A DNA stretch of 64,000 nucleotides, taken from NCBI GenBank assembly GCA_965214095.1, contig OZ243938.1, positions 416,001 through 480,000 on the forward strand, read 5' to 3'. The number at the start of each line of letters is the position of its first letter. The first letter of the stretch is position 1. The translations under genes and the position numbers were made by a program. Source of the stretch: Candidatus Poribacteria bacterium (GTDB lineage Bacteria > Poribacteria > WGA-4E > WGA-3G). This document shows, one piece after another, positions 47,037 to 57,266 of this stretch. The notes beneath the pieces were generated by a model. The model did not search any database. It worked only from the letters and a program-made list of their open reading frames with translations, and had not been told where the DNA came from.

Positions 47037-50000
47037 TTACTCTTGAGCACTTTCTTCAAGTTGTTTCAAGGTTTGTTCTAAGAGCTGTTGATTACGTCCA
47101 TATTCAGCCCAATCGCCACTACGTTGTGCCTGCAGAGCATTGTTGAAATAACTGTTCGCCTGTTGAATCAAGCCGCGTACTGATGTTGACACTTGTGGAT
47201 CACCGGTTGTGTCTAATGTTACATCAGCAACAGAAGGTTCGTTTTGTGAACCGATTCTATTAAGGAACATCTCTCTGAGGGCATCATCAAGCGTTTCACC
47301 CCAAACAATTTGCGGATTGTCGTCTTCTATTTTCTTATAGCCAACTACCACCCTGCGTAGTTCAGGTATCGCAGTATCCTCATCATCCGATTGAATATAG
47401 ATCGGTTCAACATATAAAAGCGAGTCATTCATCGGCAAGATCAACAAGTTACCACGGAGTACACGAGTCCCTTGAGTGTTCCACAGACTAATCTGCTGTG
47501 AAATCTCTGGTTGTTGACTAATAAAGATCTCAGCCTGCATCGGACCGGGAACCAATGCTTGTTTAGGAAATCTATAGACAAGCAGTTGTCCATATTGTGG
47601 TAAATCACATCGTGCGCCGAGCCATGCAATGAGATTCGGCTTGTTTCGTGGTGTGTATGGAAGCATCAACATAAACTCCGATTTCTCTTCACCAGGGAGT
47701 TTGAGAATGACATAGTATGGCTCAACAGGTTGGACATTACTTGGCAATTTTCTCTCAACTCTAACTTGAGGCGTAAGTGGACTGGTAGGCTGCGGCGTAG
47801 TTACCTGTTGGGTTTGTGCGTCCGTATTGTCATACATTTCCGTGCCAATTTCCCACTGGTCTTCACTCGCATAGAATGTAATTGGGTCTTTCATGTGGTA
47901 ATCTTGATAGACACGGGACTGGATGAGGAACATCGTTGTGGGATAACGTATATGAGATTGCAAGTCTTCAGGCATTTCGTCAAATGACTTGAAAAGGTCA
48001 GGGAATATCTTACGATAACATTCAACGATAGGATCTTGTAACTGATCTATCAAGTAAAAATCAACCGAACCGTGGTATGCATCAACAACAACCTTTACAG
48101 AATTACGTATATAGTTTCCCCACGGTTTCCCATCACGTTGCGTTACAGAACCTGCTAGTCTTCTACGTTGAATGAATTTCTGCATTGAGACCGAATATGG
48201 ATAGCGATGCGTGATTGTATACGCGTCAATCATCCAGACAAGTCTTCCTTCATGTATGACTGCATACGGATCACCATCATATCGTAAGAATGGCGCAATC
48301 TTGTGAATACGTCTCTTAATGTTACGTTCATATAACACTTTACTTGATGAATCAATTTCACCCGGAAGCACAAACTTGATTTCGTTATTAAACTTGAGCA
48401 TATATACAAATTTACGCCAGAATGATGAGAGTTCAATGCCACCAGTGCCTTGATAGGCGTAATTCGCGTATTGTTGACCTGTTTGCGGATAGTCAAACTC
48501 AAGTAGAGATTCAGTGCGTTTTGGATGCACTATGGCATACCTATCTGTGCGTTCTCCGTAATAGATACGGGGACCTGGTTCTGCATTGAACCTGTGCGGC
48601 CATTCATCTTCATATTCAATCGGCGGTAAACCCTTGATATACATGTTAGGACTTCCATCGTCAATTTCATTCACAGGACTGACAACAGCACCATATCCGT
48701 GTGTATATGTATAGGTCTGTTTATACCAATCGTTCTTGACAGCGTCGGGTAGTTCGTTAATATTGAGTTCACGTGCCGAGAGCATCACTTGCTGGATGTT
48801 GTCGTTGACTAAGTATCTGTCAATATCAACATCAAAGAAATCGTACTGAGAACGCAATTCTTGGAGTTGTCTGAAAGTTCTGCGTAATGGACGCCAGTCC
48901 CACAGTCTAATACTATTCAGAACAGGTTCGTTTTCGGGACTCGTTATATCAGCATAAGAAAGTGTTTCTGTAATGGGGTATTCTTGCTCGGTTACAGTAT
49001 TATTCTCTAAACCGTAAGCATTCAGTGTTGCTTTAATATTATAGTTGATATATTGTTCTTCTAATACCTGTTTATTAGGTTCCACCCGCCATACCTGAAT
49101 AAGTCTTGGATACAATTGACCAAGGAATCCTGCAGCGATAAAAATTATGAGTGCAGTAATTGCATATTTATTTTGTTTCAAGAAGATGTTTATAACAAAT
49201 ACTGCAGCACAAATTCCTGTGATGACCAACATAATCCATAGGATGGGAAGTCGGGCGTTTATTGCTGCAAATCCACCACCACCCCTTACAATATCGTTAG
49301 ACGTGTATAAGAGGTCATACATTACAAAAAGGTAGTTCCATGCACGAAATAGTAGTGTTAATGCAACTAAGATGAATAGATGTGTTTTCACGCGGGCGGG
49401 AGGGCGAAAACGAAATTGATTTGTATCACCTGTGATTAATCCGTGGAAAAAGTAGATTATAACCGCAAATATAGTAACTAATAGAAAAGTACCGAACAAT
49501 GTGCCGATGATATATCTCTCCATCGGCATTTTGAAGACATAATACGCAACATTCTTATCAAATATTGGATCTCGTGCAAGCGATTTGAAATACGCTTTCT
49601 GTCCAATTTCTGCTTGAATTGTCTGATCTAATTGGAGTCCAATCGGTTTCCCATCTTCCTTTAATAACACATTCTGGACTTGTGCAACAATAGGATCATT
49701 TCCATCAATATAGATACTTACTTCATCACCGACTTGTATACGTTTTGCTTCAAGTTCCAATGTTTGTACAGATATTTCATTAGAATCTACATTTTCGTCA
49801 ACTACAATAGGTGTAGCGGATTGGAAATTTAGATTCTCTGCGTGTGTATAACGTAAAAAAACTTCCCACTGTTCAGTCGCAGAATATCCCATTAGTACAC
49901 TAAACAGAACTGCAAGTACCGTGAGTCCTCCGTAAATCATCTTACGGGTACTTTTATCACCACCAGTAAATTCTGTTCCACCAAGGAATGCGGGACTGAG

Positions 50001-50240
50001 ATGGGCTGGGGTAAACCGATAAATGATATATAGATTTACCAAAAGGATTATGAGGTAGACAATTCCAACGCTCACTCCGACGAAGATTTTTGTTGTAAGT
50101 ATCTTCAGGTATACGCTGGGATATTGTACCATTTCAAACCATAGTAAATCAGGGAATATGTTGACCCATGCTGCAATTACACCACCGAGTACCGCTAAAA
50201 TTCCTATAGAGATAATATAACGTTTTAGTCGTTTTTCCAT
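47037..50240 (-). CDS. UPF0182 family membrane protein
   Basis: DLLWF, DPIF..NVAYYVF, IRLWD, YTHGYG, PRIYYGE, APFL..DGDPY, NYIRNSVK, RGNLLILP, PEL.RVVV. Confidence 0.92.
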   Translation of the reverse strand: MEKRLKRYIISIGILAVLGGVIAAWVNIFPDLLWFEMVQYPSVYLKILTTKIFVGVSVGIVYLIILLVNLYIIYRFTPAHLSPAFLGGTEFTGGDKSTRKMIYGGLTVLAVLFSVLMGYSATEQWEVFLRYTHAENLNFQSATPIVVDENVDSNEISVQTLELEAKRIQVGDEVSIYIDGNDPIVAQVQNVLLKEDGKPIGLQLDQTIQAEIGQKAYFKSLARDPIFDKNVAYYVFKMPMERYIIGTLFGTFLLVTIFAVIIYFFHGLITGDTNQFRFRPPARVKTHLFILVALTLLFRAWNYLFVMYDLLYTSNDIVRGGGGFAAINARLPILWIMLVITGICAAVFVINIFLKQNKYAITALIIFIAAGFLGQLYPRLIQVWRVEPNKQVLEEQYINYNIKATLNAYGLENNTVTEQEYPITETLSYADITSPENEPVLNSIRLWDWRPLRRTFRQLQELRSQYDFFDVDIDRYLVNDNIQQVMLSARELNINELPDAVKNDWYKQTYTYTHGYGAVVSPVNEIDDGSPNMYIKGLPPIEYEDEWPHRFNAEPGPRIYYGERTDRYAIVHPKRTESLLEFDYPQTGQQYANYAYQGTGGIELSSFWRKFVYMLKFNNEIKFVLPGEIDSSSKVLYERNIKRRIHKIAPFLRYDGDPYAVIHEGRLVWMIDAYTITHRYPYSVSMQKFIQRRRLAGSVTQRDGKPWGNYIRNSVKVVVDAYHGSVDFYLIDQLQDPIVECYRKIFPDLFKSFDEMPEDLQSHIRYPTTMFLIQSRVYQDYHMKDPITFYASEDQWEIGTEMYDNTDAQTQQVTTPQPTSPLTPQVRVERKLPSNVQPVEPYYVILKLPGEEKSEFMLMLPYTPRNKPNLIAWLGARCDLPQYGQLLVYRFPKQALVPGPMQAEIFISQQPEISQQISLWNTQGTRVLRGNLLILPMNDSLLYVEPIYIQSDDEDTAIPELRRVVVGYKKIEDDNPQIVWGETLDDALREMFLNRIGSQNEPSVADVTLDTTGDPQVSTSVRGLIQQANSYFNNALQAQRSGDWAEYGRNQQLLEQTLKQLEESAQE

Positions 50241-50289
50241 AATTTCTCCTATTCTGGAAATGATAATAAAGCTCTTTCTCTCAATGTTT

Positions 50290-50389
50290 ATGGTGAAGTA
50301 TGAAATAATATCTACACTTTCTTTCCACGGTAGGCGAGGTTTCCTAACCTCGCCTAAGCATTGTATAGAATTAATTCAATAATTTACCA
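50290..50389. repeat. 100-bp MITE-like element with central REP (second copy at 59403-59502)
   Basis: ATGGTGAAG...AATTTACCA ends; GTAGGCGAGGTTTCCTAACCTCGCC hairpin. Confidence 0.75.
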
Positions 50390-50420
50390 CAATATGTTAG
50401 ATCACATGATCGGTTTTATT

Positions 50421-53333
50421 CTAAAATGCTTGACCTAAACCGAAATGATATTTGATACCCGGTTTTATGCTACGCAAATCTGTGTGTCTCGCGGCGGCAA
50501 AGTCTAATGAGAAAATGCCAAGTCGAAGTCTTAATCCTACACCGACAGAACCTTTTAGGTCTTCAAGTTGAATCCGTAATCCATCACGATGAAACAGTTT
50601 ATAAGGATTATCTGGTCCGTATTCGTAATCTACCCATGTGCCACCAATATCTGCGAAAAGGATACCCCCGATACCCCCGATTGACCATCGCACAGGCCAT
50701 CCAAAATATAGGACATCAATGAATGGAATTCGAAACTCAATGTTGAACAATCCAAGACGAGAACCAGCCATGTCTTCGTAATTATAACCACGTAATGTAT
50801 CAATGCCACCAAGATAAAAAAGTGATTTGTCAGGACCGAAGCTACCACCAAGTAATAACCTTGTAGCAATGGTTGTACGTCTGCCTATGCCGAAATAATT
50901 TCGGTAATCAAATATTGCATTGGTAAGAGATAACTGACTTCCAAGTGTAGGGAACGATCGTTCAATTTGAAAACGATATCGCGTGCCTCTATACGGAGCA
51001 TACTCACGCCACATCGTGTTGTCACTTACAAATGCAATAGAACCGAGAGATAGAAATCCACGGTCATAATAATCAAAGGGGTCACGCGTCTGAAAATTGT
51101 AAGACAATGGTGTTGAATATAATGAAAAATGTAAGTCTAAACGGTGATACCGATCAAACGGATAACTGACAAAACCACCTGCCCCCGTAATACGTTGTAA
51201 GACACCTTGTTGATTACGGATTGAGCCAAGCAAATGGTATTGATGGTAGTTATACACGACTGCACCGATATCTGCACGATGTGTCAAGAACCCATACTGT
51301 CCAATAAAATCAGGGACAAGATACCCACTGGATTGATTGATCACACTCATCTCAACGCGATGATTACCCAACATATCGCTTGCACTCAACTGAATTTGAC
51401 TACGGAGTAATCCATCTGCACCATAACTGAACTCTGGGAAAATTGCATCAAGTCGGAAGGAAGACCTTGTGCTATACTTACGTTTAGCAATCCTATAATT
51501 TGGTTCAGGAATGTCTGTTTCCAAAATGATAGGAACTGTCTGTGTTTCATAAGGTGGACTCTCTATTTTCTCATCTCGTATATTCTCTGTTTCCATAACA
51601 CAAATATCGTATTTTCCATTATCATAAGCACTAAACAGCAAACGTCTCTGGTCAGGAGAAAAAGTTGGATTGAAACAACCCGTTATGAGATTAGTGAGCC
51701 GCGTCATCTGCATATTTGTAGTATCAAGTTTATATGCATCAAACACTCCCATCCGATCATCACAAAATAGCACAGATTCCCCATCAGGCATCCATACAGG
51801 ACTGATCGCATTTGAGGAACTGTCCGTGAGAATTCGTTCTGTCAGTTGATCAATGTCAATTATAACAAGTCTATTCTTGCTGTTGCGTTCAGATGCATAT
51901 ATGATTTTATTTTCTGAGGGATGCCATGAAGGATGCGTATCGTTATATGGGTCTATTGTTAATCTACTAATCGCTTCAGTATCTAATTCTAAAATGTAGA
52001 GATCTGTTTGCCCCTCTTTTAATGCTGAGAAAACGATACGTTTACCACTACTATCATAATTTGGAGAATTAACATTATCATAATCAAGCAAAATGTACTG
52101 TGTGAGTTTATGTGTAAGAATATTGACTTCAATGAGATAATTTGCGTCTCTGTGCTTACCGATGAAAGCAATATGGTCCCCATCAGGTGACCAAGCAAGA
52201 CTTTGATCATATCCACTGGAATCTGTCCTGATTTCTTCATATTTGTTACGGAAAAAACGTCTTGTAATACGGTCCAACTTTTCACCGGTCTTGGCAGACA
52301 TCAAAACAATCTCTAAAAAACCATCATTGGCAGTGATATATGCAATTAGGTCACCACTTGGTGACCAAACGGGTTTGATATTGTGAGAGAATCTTGAGTC
52401 TTCCGTGAGTTTTTTTGAAACTATGTTTGGTAAATCCTTATCTTCGATCAGGGGCCAATAACGTTTTCGTAACATCTGTCGATAGCCTAAGTCAAACTCC
52501 TTTAGACTGACTCCAAGCACATCTTTGAAGACTTGATCGATATTCTTTGTTCTACTCTGTCGTAGACCACGCAGGATTTCAGCGATATTTTCGCGTCCGT
52601 AAGTCTGTACAAGGTATTCAGTAGCTAACTGCCCCATTTTATAGCCGATATAAGGTGAACTAAGACGGTTGAAGTTCTGTAATTCTGTCAGTGGTAAAAT
52701 ATTATCATTAAAACTTGCATCTCTAAGAACCATTTCGCCGATAGCATCGTTATCTTGAGCAAAATAATCCGCCATACCTTCTATAAACCAAATTGGCGGG
52801 GCATACAGAAACTCCCCACTATAAATGCTCGCATGAGGTTTTTGATAGAGGATATCAAATTGAAATATATGTATGAGTTCATGGAAAATGACCTCGCGAA
52901 AAGCCTCAAGTGAACCTGTAAATGGAATAACAATCCGATGTTTGAAGAGTTCAGCGAATCCTCCAATCCCTTCATGTAATTCCATCAGTATTACATTAGT
53001 TTCCTGAAAATCCTTATGTGATTTATAAAGGATTAAAGGAGTTCTATTTTCAAGTTCGTGTTCAAAGTCTTCACTGTGTTTTTCATAAGCTTCTTCTGCA
53101 ATAGCCGCCATCACAGGCACAAGTTTCGCTTCGCTCGGATAGTAATGTATGTCAAAGTGTTCAGTTCGGTGTATGTGCCAATCAAAACGTTTTGTTGTAA
53201 TCTTGTTTTTCCCAAAACCTTGAGCAATTACGTTTGATGCTATGAGGGTGCAGAAACATAAATAGAGCAATAGAAGCACGATTCTTTTAAGATGACCGCT
53301 GTATTTTGTTGTGTATTTTCTTTTACTATGCAT
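50421..53333 (-). CDS. Omp85/BamA-TamA-family outer membrane protein with N-terminal zincin (MA-like) domain and PD40/TolB beta-propeller
   Basis: Signal peptide; HELIH...EG; WSPSG, WSPDG, WHPS, FSPD repeats; LGGIDTLRGY barrel motif; C-terminal YHFGLGQAF. Confidence 0.85.
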   Translation of the reverse strand: MHSKRKYTTKYSGHLKRIVLLLLYLCFCTLIASNVIAQGFGKNKITTKRFDWHIHRTEHFDIHYYPSEAKLVPVMAAIAEEAYEKHSEDFEHELENRTPLILYKSHKDFQETNVILMELHEGIGGFAELFKHRIVIPFTGSLEAFREVIFHELIHIFQFDILYQKPHASIYSGEFLYAPPIWFIEGMADYFAQDNDAIGEMVLRDASFNDNILPLTELQNFNRLSSPYIGYKMGQLATEYLVQTYGRENIAEILRGLRQSRTKNIDQVFKDVLGVSLKEFDLGYRQMLRKRYWPLIEDKDLPNIVSKKLTEDSRFSHNIKPVWSPSGDLIAYITANDGFLEIVLMSAKTGEKLDRITRRFFRNKYEEIRTDSSGYDQSLAWSPDGDHIAFIGKHRDANYLIEVNILTHKLTQYILLDYDNVNSPNYDSSGKRIVFSALKEGQTDLYILELDTEAISRLTIDPYNDTHPSWHPSENKIIYASERNSKNRLVIIDIDQLTERILTDSSSNAISPVWMPDGESVLFCDDRMGVFDAYKLDTTNMQMTRLTNLITGCFNPTFSPDQRRLLFSAYDNGKYDICVMETENIRDEKIESPPYETQTVPIILETDIPEPNYRIAKRKYSTRSSFRLDAIFPEFSYGADGLLRSQIQLSASDMLGNHRVEMSVINQSSGYLVPDFIGQYGFLTHRADIGAVVYNYHQYHLLGSIRNQQGVLQRITGAGGFVSYPFDRYHRLDLHFSLYSTPLSYNFQTRDPFDYYDRGFLSLGSIAFVSDNTMWREYAPYRGTRYRFQIERSFPTLGSQLSLTNAIFDYRNYFGIGRRTTIATRLLLGGSFGPDKSLFYLGGIDTLRGYNYEDMAGSRLGLFNIEFRIPFIDVLYFGWPVRWSIGGIGGILFADIGGTWVDYEYGPDNPYKLFHRDGLRIQLEDLKGSVGVGLRLRLGIFSLDFAAARHTDLRSIKPGIKYHFGLGQAF

Positions 53334-53372
53334 GTGTTTTTCCTAATGTAAGTTTTCTCATCGCGTCTAAAA

Positions 53373-53538
53373 TTATAGTAAAAATCATAATTATTTACAC
53401 ACTACGGTAGGTTCGGTTTACACTAATCTTGTAGGTCGGGTAGAGGCACGAAACCCGACATGCAGCCATTTATCATCAATATGCGTCGGGTATCGTTTCT
53501 CTACCCGACCTACAATGTCCGAATGGACACTCCAGTAG
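53373..53538. repeat. Nested repeat: half TTATAGT-shell/REP cut at its loop by a second element carrying a REPIN
   Basis: 53373-53419 resembles the reverse complement of 33194-33240; 53419-53538 matches 60993-61111. Confidence 0.7.
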
Positions 53539-53568
53539 TTGTTTTAACGACAAATCCGTATTTAGGTA

Positions 53569-54345
53569 TTACCGCATCAAAAATCTATCTTCTTGTTCAT
53601 AGTGTGGTGATATATCCTGCGTGAATTTAGCAAGTGCACGTTTGCTTAACTCTCGCATTGTTGTTTCTTTGGGTGCCATTTGAGAAAAGACTAAAGAACC
53701 GAGAGAATGCGCTTCTGCAGTTCTTTGCAGATAAGATTCATCCCAGATTATCTTTCCATCATCAACATCAAGTATCATCACACGGAGTGAAAGTAGATAT
53801 GTCTTCTGCATATAATCCGTATAATCCATGACATACCGTTGTTGTTGATGTGAGTATTTCTCGCCATAATAACGCCTGGGACGTGTGTCTGTATGAAAAA
53901 GATAACTTCCTACTATAATACCTTTCACTTCAAAATACTCACCTAATTCGCGCAATCTTTCGGTATCATCCAACCATTTTTCCTCTTCTATCTCCTCTCC
54001 TGTCATAAGTCGGTTTGTTTCCTGTTTATCCACAATCATAAATTGCTTCTGCCGTGATAATTGACTTCTTAAGATTTGGGCAATTTCGCCGCCTATTTCA
54101 ACAGGTATATCCTCTATTTTTGATGAAGATGTTTGTGCGACAAATGGAAGCACTGCAAAATTTGAATATGTGTTGATGTCAATTTCTGATTCTACTTTTA
54201 CCGGAATTGGAACGCGCGTAACTTTGTTACCACAGGAACTTAACATTAAAGCAAATATAGCAATAACGCAAGTAGTGGAGTATCGCTGCATTGCAATCCA
54301 GATCCTATGAAAGTATGGATGAGGTATATATATATTCTTATACAT
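53569..54345 (-). CDS. Putative lipoprotein (CsgG/TolB-N-like fold)
   Basis: Lipobox LSSC; FAVLPF, VKGIIVGS, LRVMILDVDDGKIIW. Confidence 0.6.
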   Translation of the reverse strand: MYKNIYIPHPYFHRIWIAMQRYSTTCVIAIFALMLSSCGNKVTRVPIPVKVESEIDINTYSNFAVLPFVAQTSSSKIEDIPVEIGGEIAQILRSQLSRQKQFMIVDKQETNRLMTGEEIEEEKWLDDTERLRELGEYFEVKGIIVGSYLFHTDTRPRRYYGEKYSHQQQRYVMDYTDYMQKTYLLSLRVMILDVDDGKIIWDESYLQRTAEAHSLGSLVFSQMAPKETTMRELSKRALAKFTQDISPHYEQEDRFLMR

Positions 54346-54361
54346 GAGTGGGATCCTAAGA

Positions 54362-54769
54362 TCAATCTGCTGTAGAGTTTTCAGAGGGTTTAGATTCTGT
54401 TTCTTTACTTTCAGTTTCGCTGCGGCGAATATGTAGGCGACATCTACGGTAATTTATCCTATAATGTTTGCTATCAGGATCAAGTTCAGTGGCTCGTTGA
54501 TATGCTGCCTTTGCTTCTTCTATTTTCCCCAATGCCTCATATCCGACTCCAAGATTGTTATGTGCGACCGCATTATCCGGGTCAATGGATAAGACCTGTT
54601 TCCAACGGAAAATTGCTTCATTCCAAAGTCCTGCCTGTGCAGTTCTTATAGCAAACTGATTATAATCATGGACTCTCGCAGCGTTATGGGTTCCACAACC
54701 GAAAATAGTCACAGATGCAAAAATCAATTTTATGAGGATTATCTGATAAGTTAATCGCATTCTTTCCAT
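54362..54769 (-). CDS. TPR-repeat lipoprotein
   Basis: IFGC lipobox; AHNNLGVGYEALGKIEEAKAAYQRATELDP TPR. Confidence 0.85.
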   Translation of the reverse strand: MERMRLTYQIILIKLIFASVTIFGCGTHNAARVHDYNQFAIRTAQAGLWNEAIFRWKQVLSIDPDNAVAHNNLGVGYEALGKIEEAKAAYQRATELDPDSKHYRINYRRCRLHIRRSETESKETESKPSENSTAD

Positions 54770-54781
54770 CCTTTACATTCA

Positions 54782-54811
54782 ATTTTACCTTGTGTATGTC
54801 TCAGATGTCAA
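54782..54811 (-). promoter_or_regulatory. Putative sigma70 promoter of the TPR/lipoprotein genes
   Basis: TTGACA-N18-TAAAAT on the minus strand. Confidence 0.5.
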
Positions 54812-54907
54812 GGAAAAAGAAACATACTAAACAGAATAAGTTTGGAATAAAACGAAAAATTTGATATGCTAAAACAAAACTTGGTGAGAATAAACAAGGA
54901 GAATGAT

Positions 54908-56020
54908 ATGTCTAACATTACACCTTTGCGAACAGTGATTGTCGGTTGCGGTATGATTGCAGCAGGTGGATATCAACCACGTTGTCAAGCATATCCAGAC
55001 CATATTGAATTGGTTGGTTTTTATGATCAGGACGAAGGACGCGCGTCAGCACTTGCAGAGAGAGATGGTGGCAAAGTCTATCCATCTCTTGAAGCAGTAT
55101 TCAACGATCCAAATGTAGAAGCCATTGTTAATTTAACACTACATATCTCACATTATCCCGTGTCGTTGGCTGCTCTGAAAGCTGGAAAACATGTCTATTC
55201 TGAGAAACCGATTTCAATCACCACTGATGAAGCAAATGAACTTGTGGAAACAGCAGAGAATATGGGATTAAAACTTGCATGTGCTCCATCTGCGATTCTC
55301 GGATATGTCCAACAGAATGTATGGAAACGGATTCGTGATGGAGAAATAGGCGATGTGATTTCTGCGATTGGCAACTTCGGTGGACCTTTGGAACATTGGC
55401 ATCCAAGTGCAGATGCGTTTTTGATGCATGCGGGTCCATTCAGAGATGTTGCACCATATCCCCTAACCGCTATGACAACAATGATTGGACCTGTAAAAAC
55501 AGTGCATGGATTTGCAAGAGTTGCTGTTCCTAAGCGGGTCTTAACAACAGGACCACGCCAAGGTACTGAATTTGAAGTGACAGAAAAAGATCACGGGTTT
55601 GCTGTGCTTGAGTTTGACGTTCCTCAAGCAGGAGGATCTCACGGCTTCATCTATCATAGCTTCACCGTGACTTCACAGATTCCGCCGTATGAGATACACG
55701 GTACAAAAGGTGGTTTCTCACTACAAGCACATGATGATGGACGCGGTATTAAGAAGTTCACACCGCAGTCTGGATGGCAAGATGAATCTTCTCCACCAAA
55801 ATCACATACAGGGCTGGACTGGGGGAAAGGTGTAGCCGATTTTGCAGACGCAATAAGAAATGACCGGAACCCGAGGTGCAATGGGGCGCAAGCGCGTCAT
55901 GTGATAGAAATATGTGAACGAGTGCTTGAATCATCTGATTTGGGAAAACCTGTGGATGTTACAAGTCGTTTTCCCGCACCACCGGAAGTTGGTGAAATCG
56001 CACCTTGGGAAACCAGTTAG
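54908..56020 (+). CDS. Gfo/Idh/MocA family oxidoreductase
   Basis: IVGCGMIA, AGKHVYSEKP. Confidence 0.9.
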   Translation: MSNITPLRTVIVGCGMIAAGGYQPRCQAYPDHIELVGFYDQDEGRASALAERDGGKVYPSLEAVFNDPNVEAIVNLTLHISHYPVSLAALKAGKHVYSEKPISITTDEANELVETAENMGLKLACAPSAILGYVQQNVWKRIRDGEIGDVISAIGNFGGPLEHWHPSADAFLMHAGPFRDVAPYPLTAMTTMIGPVKTVHGFARVAVPKRVLTTGPRQGTEFEVTEKDHGFAVLEFDVPQAGGSHGFIYHSFTVTSQIPPYEIHGTKGGFSLQAHDDGRGIKKFTPQSGWQDESSPPKSHTGLDWGKGVADFADAIRNDRNPRCNGAQARHVIEICERVLESSDLGKPVDVTSRFPAPPEVGEIAPWETS

Positions 56021-56063
56021 ACTATAAATATCTGTTGGAACTCAGATGCTAAATCTGATTGGC

Positions 56064-56888
56064 TTATAACTTGAGGGTGTTACGCAACATCTCCACACTC
56101 TGTGGAACACCGTTATGTGCATCCTCTTTACCCTCAAACTCAATGGAAACATAGCCATTGAATCCGACATTCCGCAGTATCTCACCTATCTGACCATAAT
56201 CAAGATCAAGCGTATACCACTCTCCCTCGCCATAGTATGTTTTTGCATGAACAAGCACTGCTTCCGGTGCTATCTGCTCCAGTTTTTCATACGGATTAGA
56301 GAGGAAATTCCCACAATCCATGGTAACTTTCAACCATTCTGAATCTATCGCAGAAACGATACGATTAACGCCTTCTGGTGTACAAGTCAATCCCCAATGG
56401 TTTTCAAGTCCAAGAATAACACCATATCTTTCTGCATCAGGTAGACATTTTTCAATTGATGCAATAACCCAATCAAACGCTTCATCTTCCGTATGATCAG
56501 GAAGCGATGGTTCTTGTCCTTCAGTTTTCATCAGATCGGTGAATGATTTAATAGTTCCCCACCGTCCTGAATTCAGTCGTATTGAAGGTATTCCAAGTTC
56601 ATGCGCTAAACGTATACAGTGTACAGTGTGATTGATATTTCTTTGCCGTGTTTGTTCGTCTGGTGAAACGAAACCTTGATGAATTGAGAGCGCGTAGAGA
56701 TCAAGTCCATGAATGAATGCATGTCGTTTGAGTTTCTGTAGATATGGAGTTGCTTCTGATTCCATCTGTTGATGTAAGATTTCAATGCCATCCAGTTCCA
56801 GTCGTGCTGCTTCTTCAATGACGTGTTCAATAGGGACTCGTTCAGGAGTGAAATGCCAATAGGAATATGTAGATACACCGAGTTTCAA
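56064..56888 (-). CDS. Sugar phosphate isomerase/epimerase (TIM barrel)
   Basis: TTG start MKLGVSTYS after GAGG; LENHWG, DCGNF, HAKTY, SIEFEG. Confidence 0.88.
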   Translation of the reverse strand: MKLGVSTYSYWHFTPERVPIEHVIEEAARLELDGIEILHQQMESEATPYLQKLKRHAFIHGLDLYALSIHQGFVSPDEQTRQRNINHTVHCIRLAHELGIPSIRLNSGRWGTIKSFTDLMKTEGQEPSLPDHTEDEAFDWVIASIEKCLPDAERYGVILGLENHWGLTCTPEGVNRIVSAIDSEWLKVTMDCGNFLSNPYEKLEQIAPEAVLVHAKTYYGEGEWYTLDLDYGQIGEILRNVGFNGYVSIEFEGKEDAHNGVPQSVEMLRNTLKL

Positions 56889-56930
56889 TTTATGTTTTAC
56901 CTCTTTTATTTGTATTGATATATAGTGAAT

Positions 56931-57112
56931 TATAAATATAAGTTGACACTTTCGACCCACGGTAGGCGAGGTTTCCTAACCCCGCCGATGCAGAGTGTTC
57001 AAGTAATTTCAAAATCTACTATAAATATAAGTTGACACTTTCGACCCACGGTAGGCGAGGTTTCCTAACCCCGCCGATGCAGAGTGTTCAAGTAATTTCA
57101 AAATCTACTATA
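56931..57112. repeat. Exact tandem duplication of an 89-bp REP-containing unit
   Basis: TATAAATATAAGTTGACAC...GTAGGCGAGGTTTCCTAACCCCGCC...AAAATCTAC repeated with period 89. Confidence 0.9.
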
Positions 57113-57266
57113 TAATACCATGAAAACTGTTTGAATCTCTATAGGATTTTGATTCTTCAATACTGTTGTATTCCATACAAAAATCTCCCGATAAGGACAC
57201 AAGTGTCTATATCGGGAGATTATCAAAAAATTTGAATTAGAACTGAATACTAACGAAAGCAAGTCG

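Noticed and set aside
56889-56960. N-terminal extension of the isomerase ORF
   Set aside because: Runs into the repeat; TTG at 56888 has an RBS and the family-typical MKLG start
56931-57112. Possible CRISPR array
   Set aside because: Two fully identical 89-bp units with no unique spacers and no cas genes; it is a REP-element duplication
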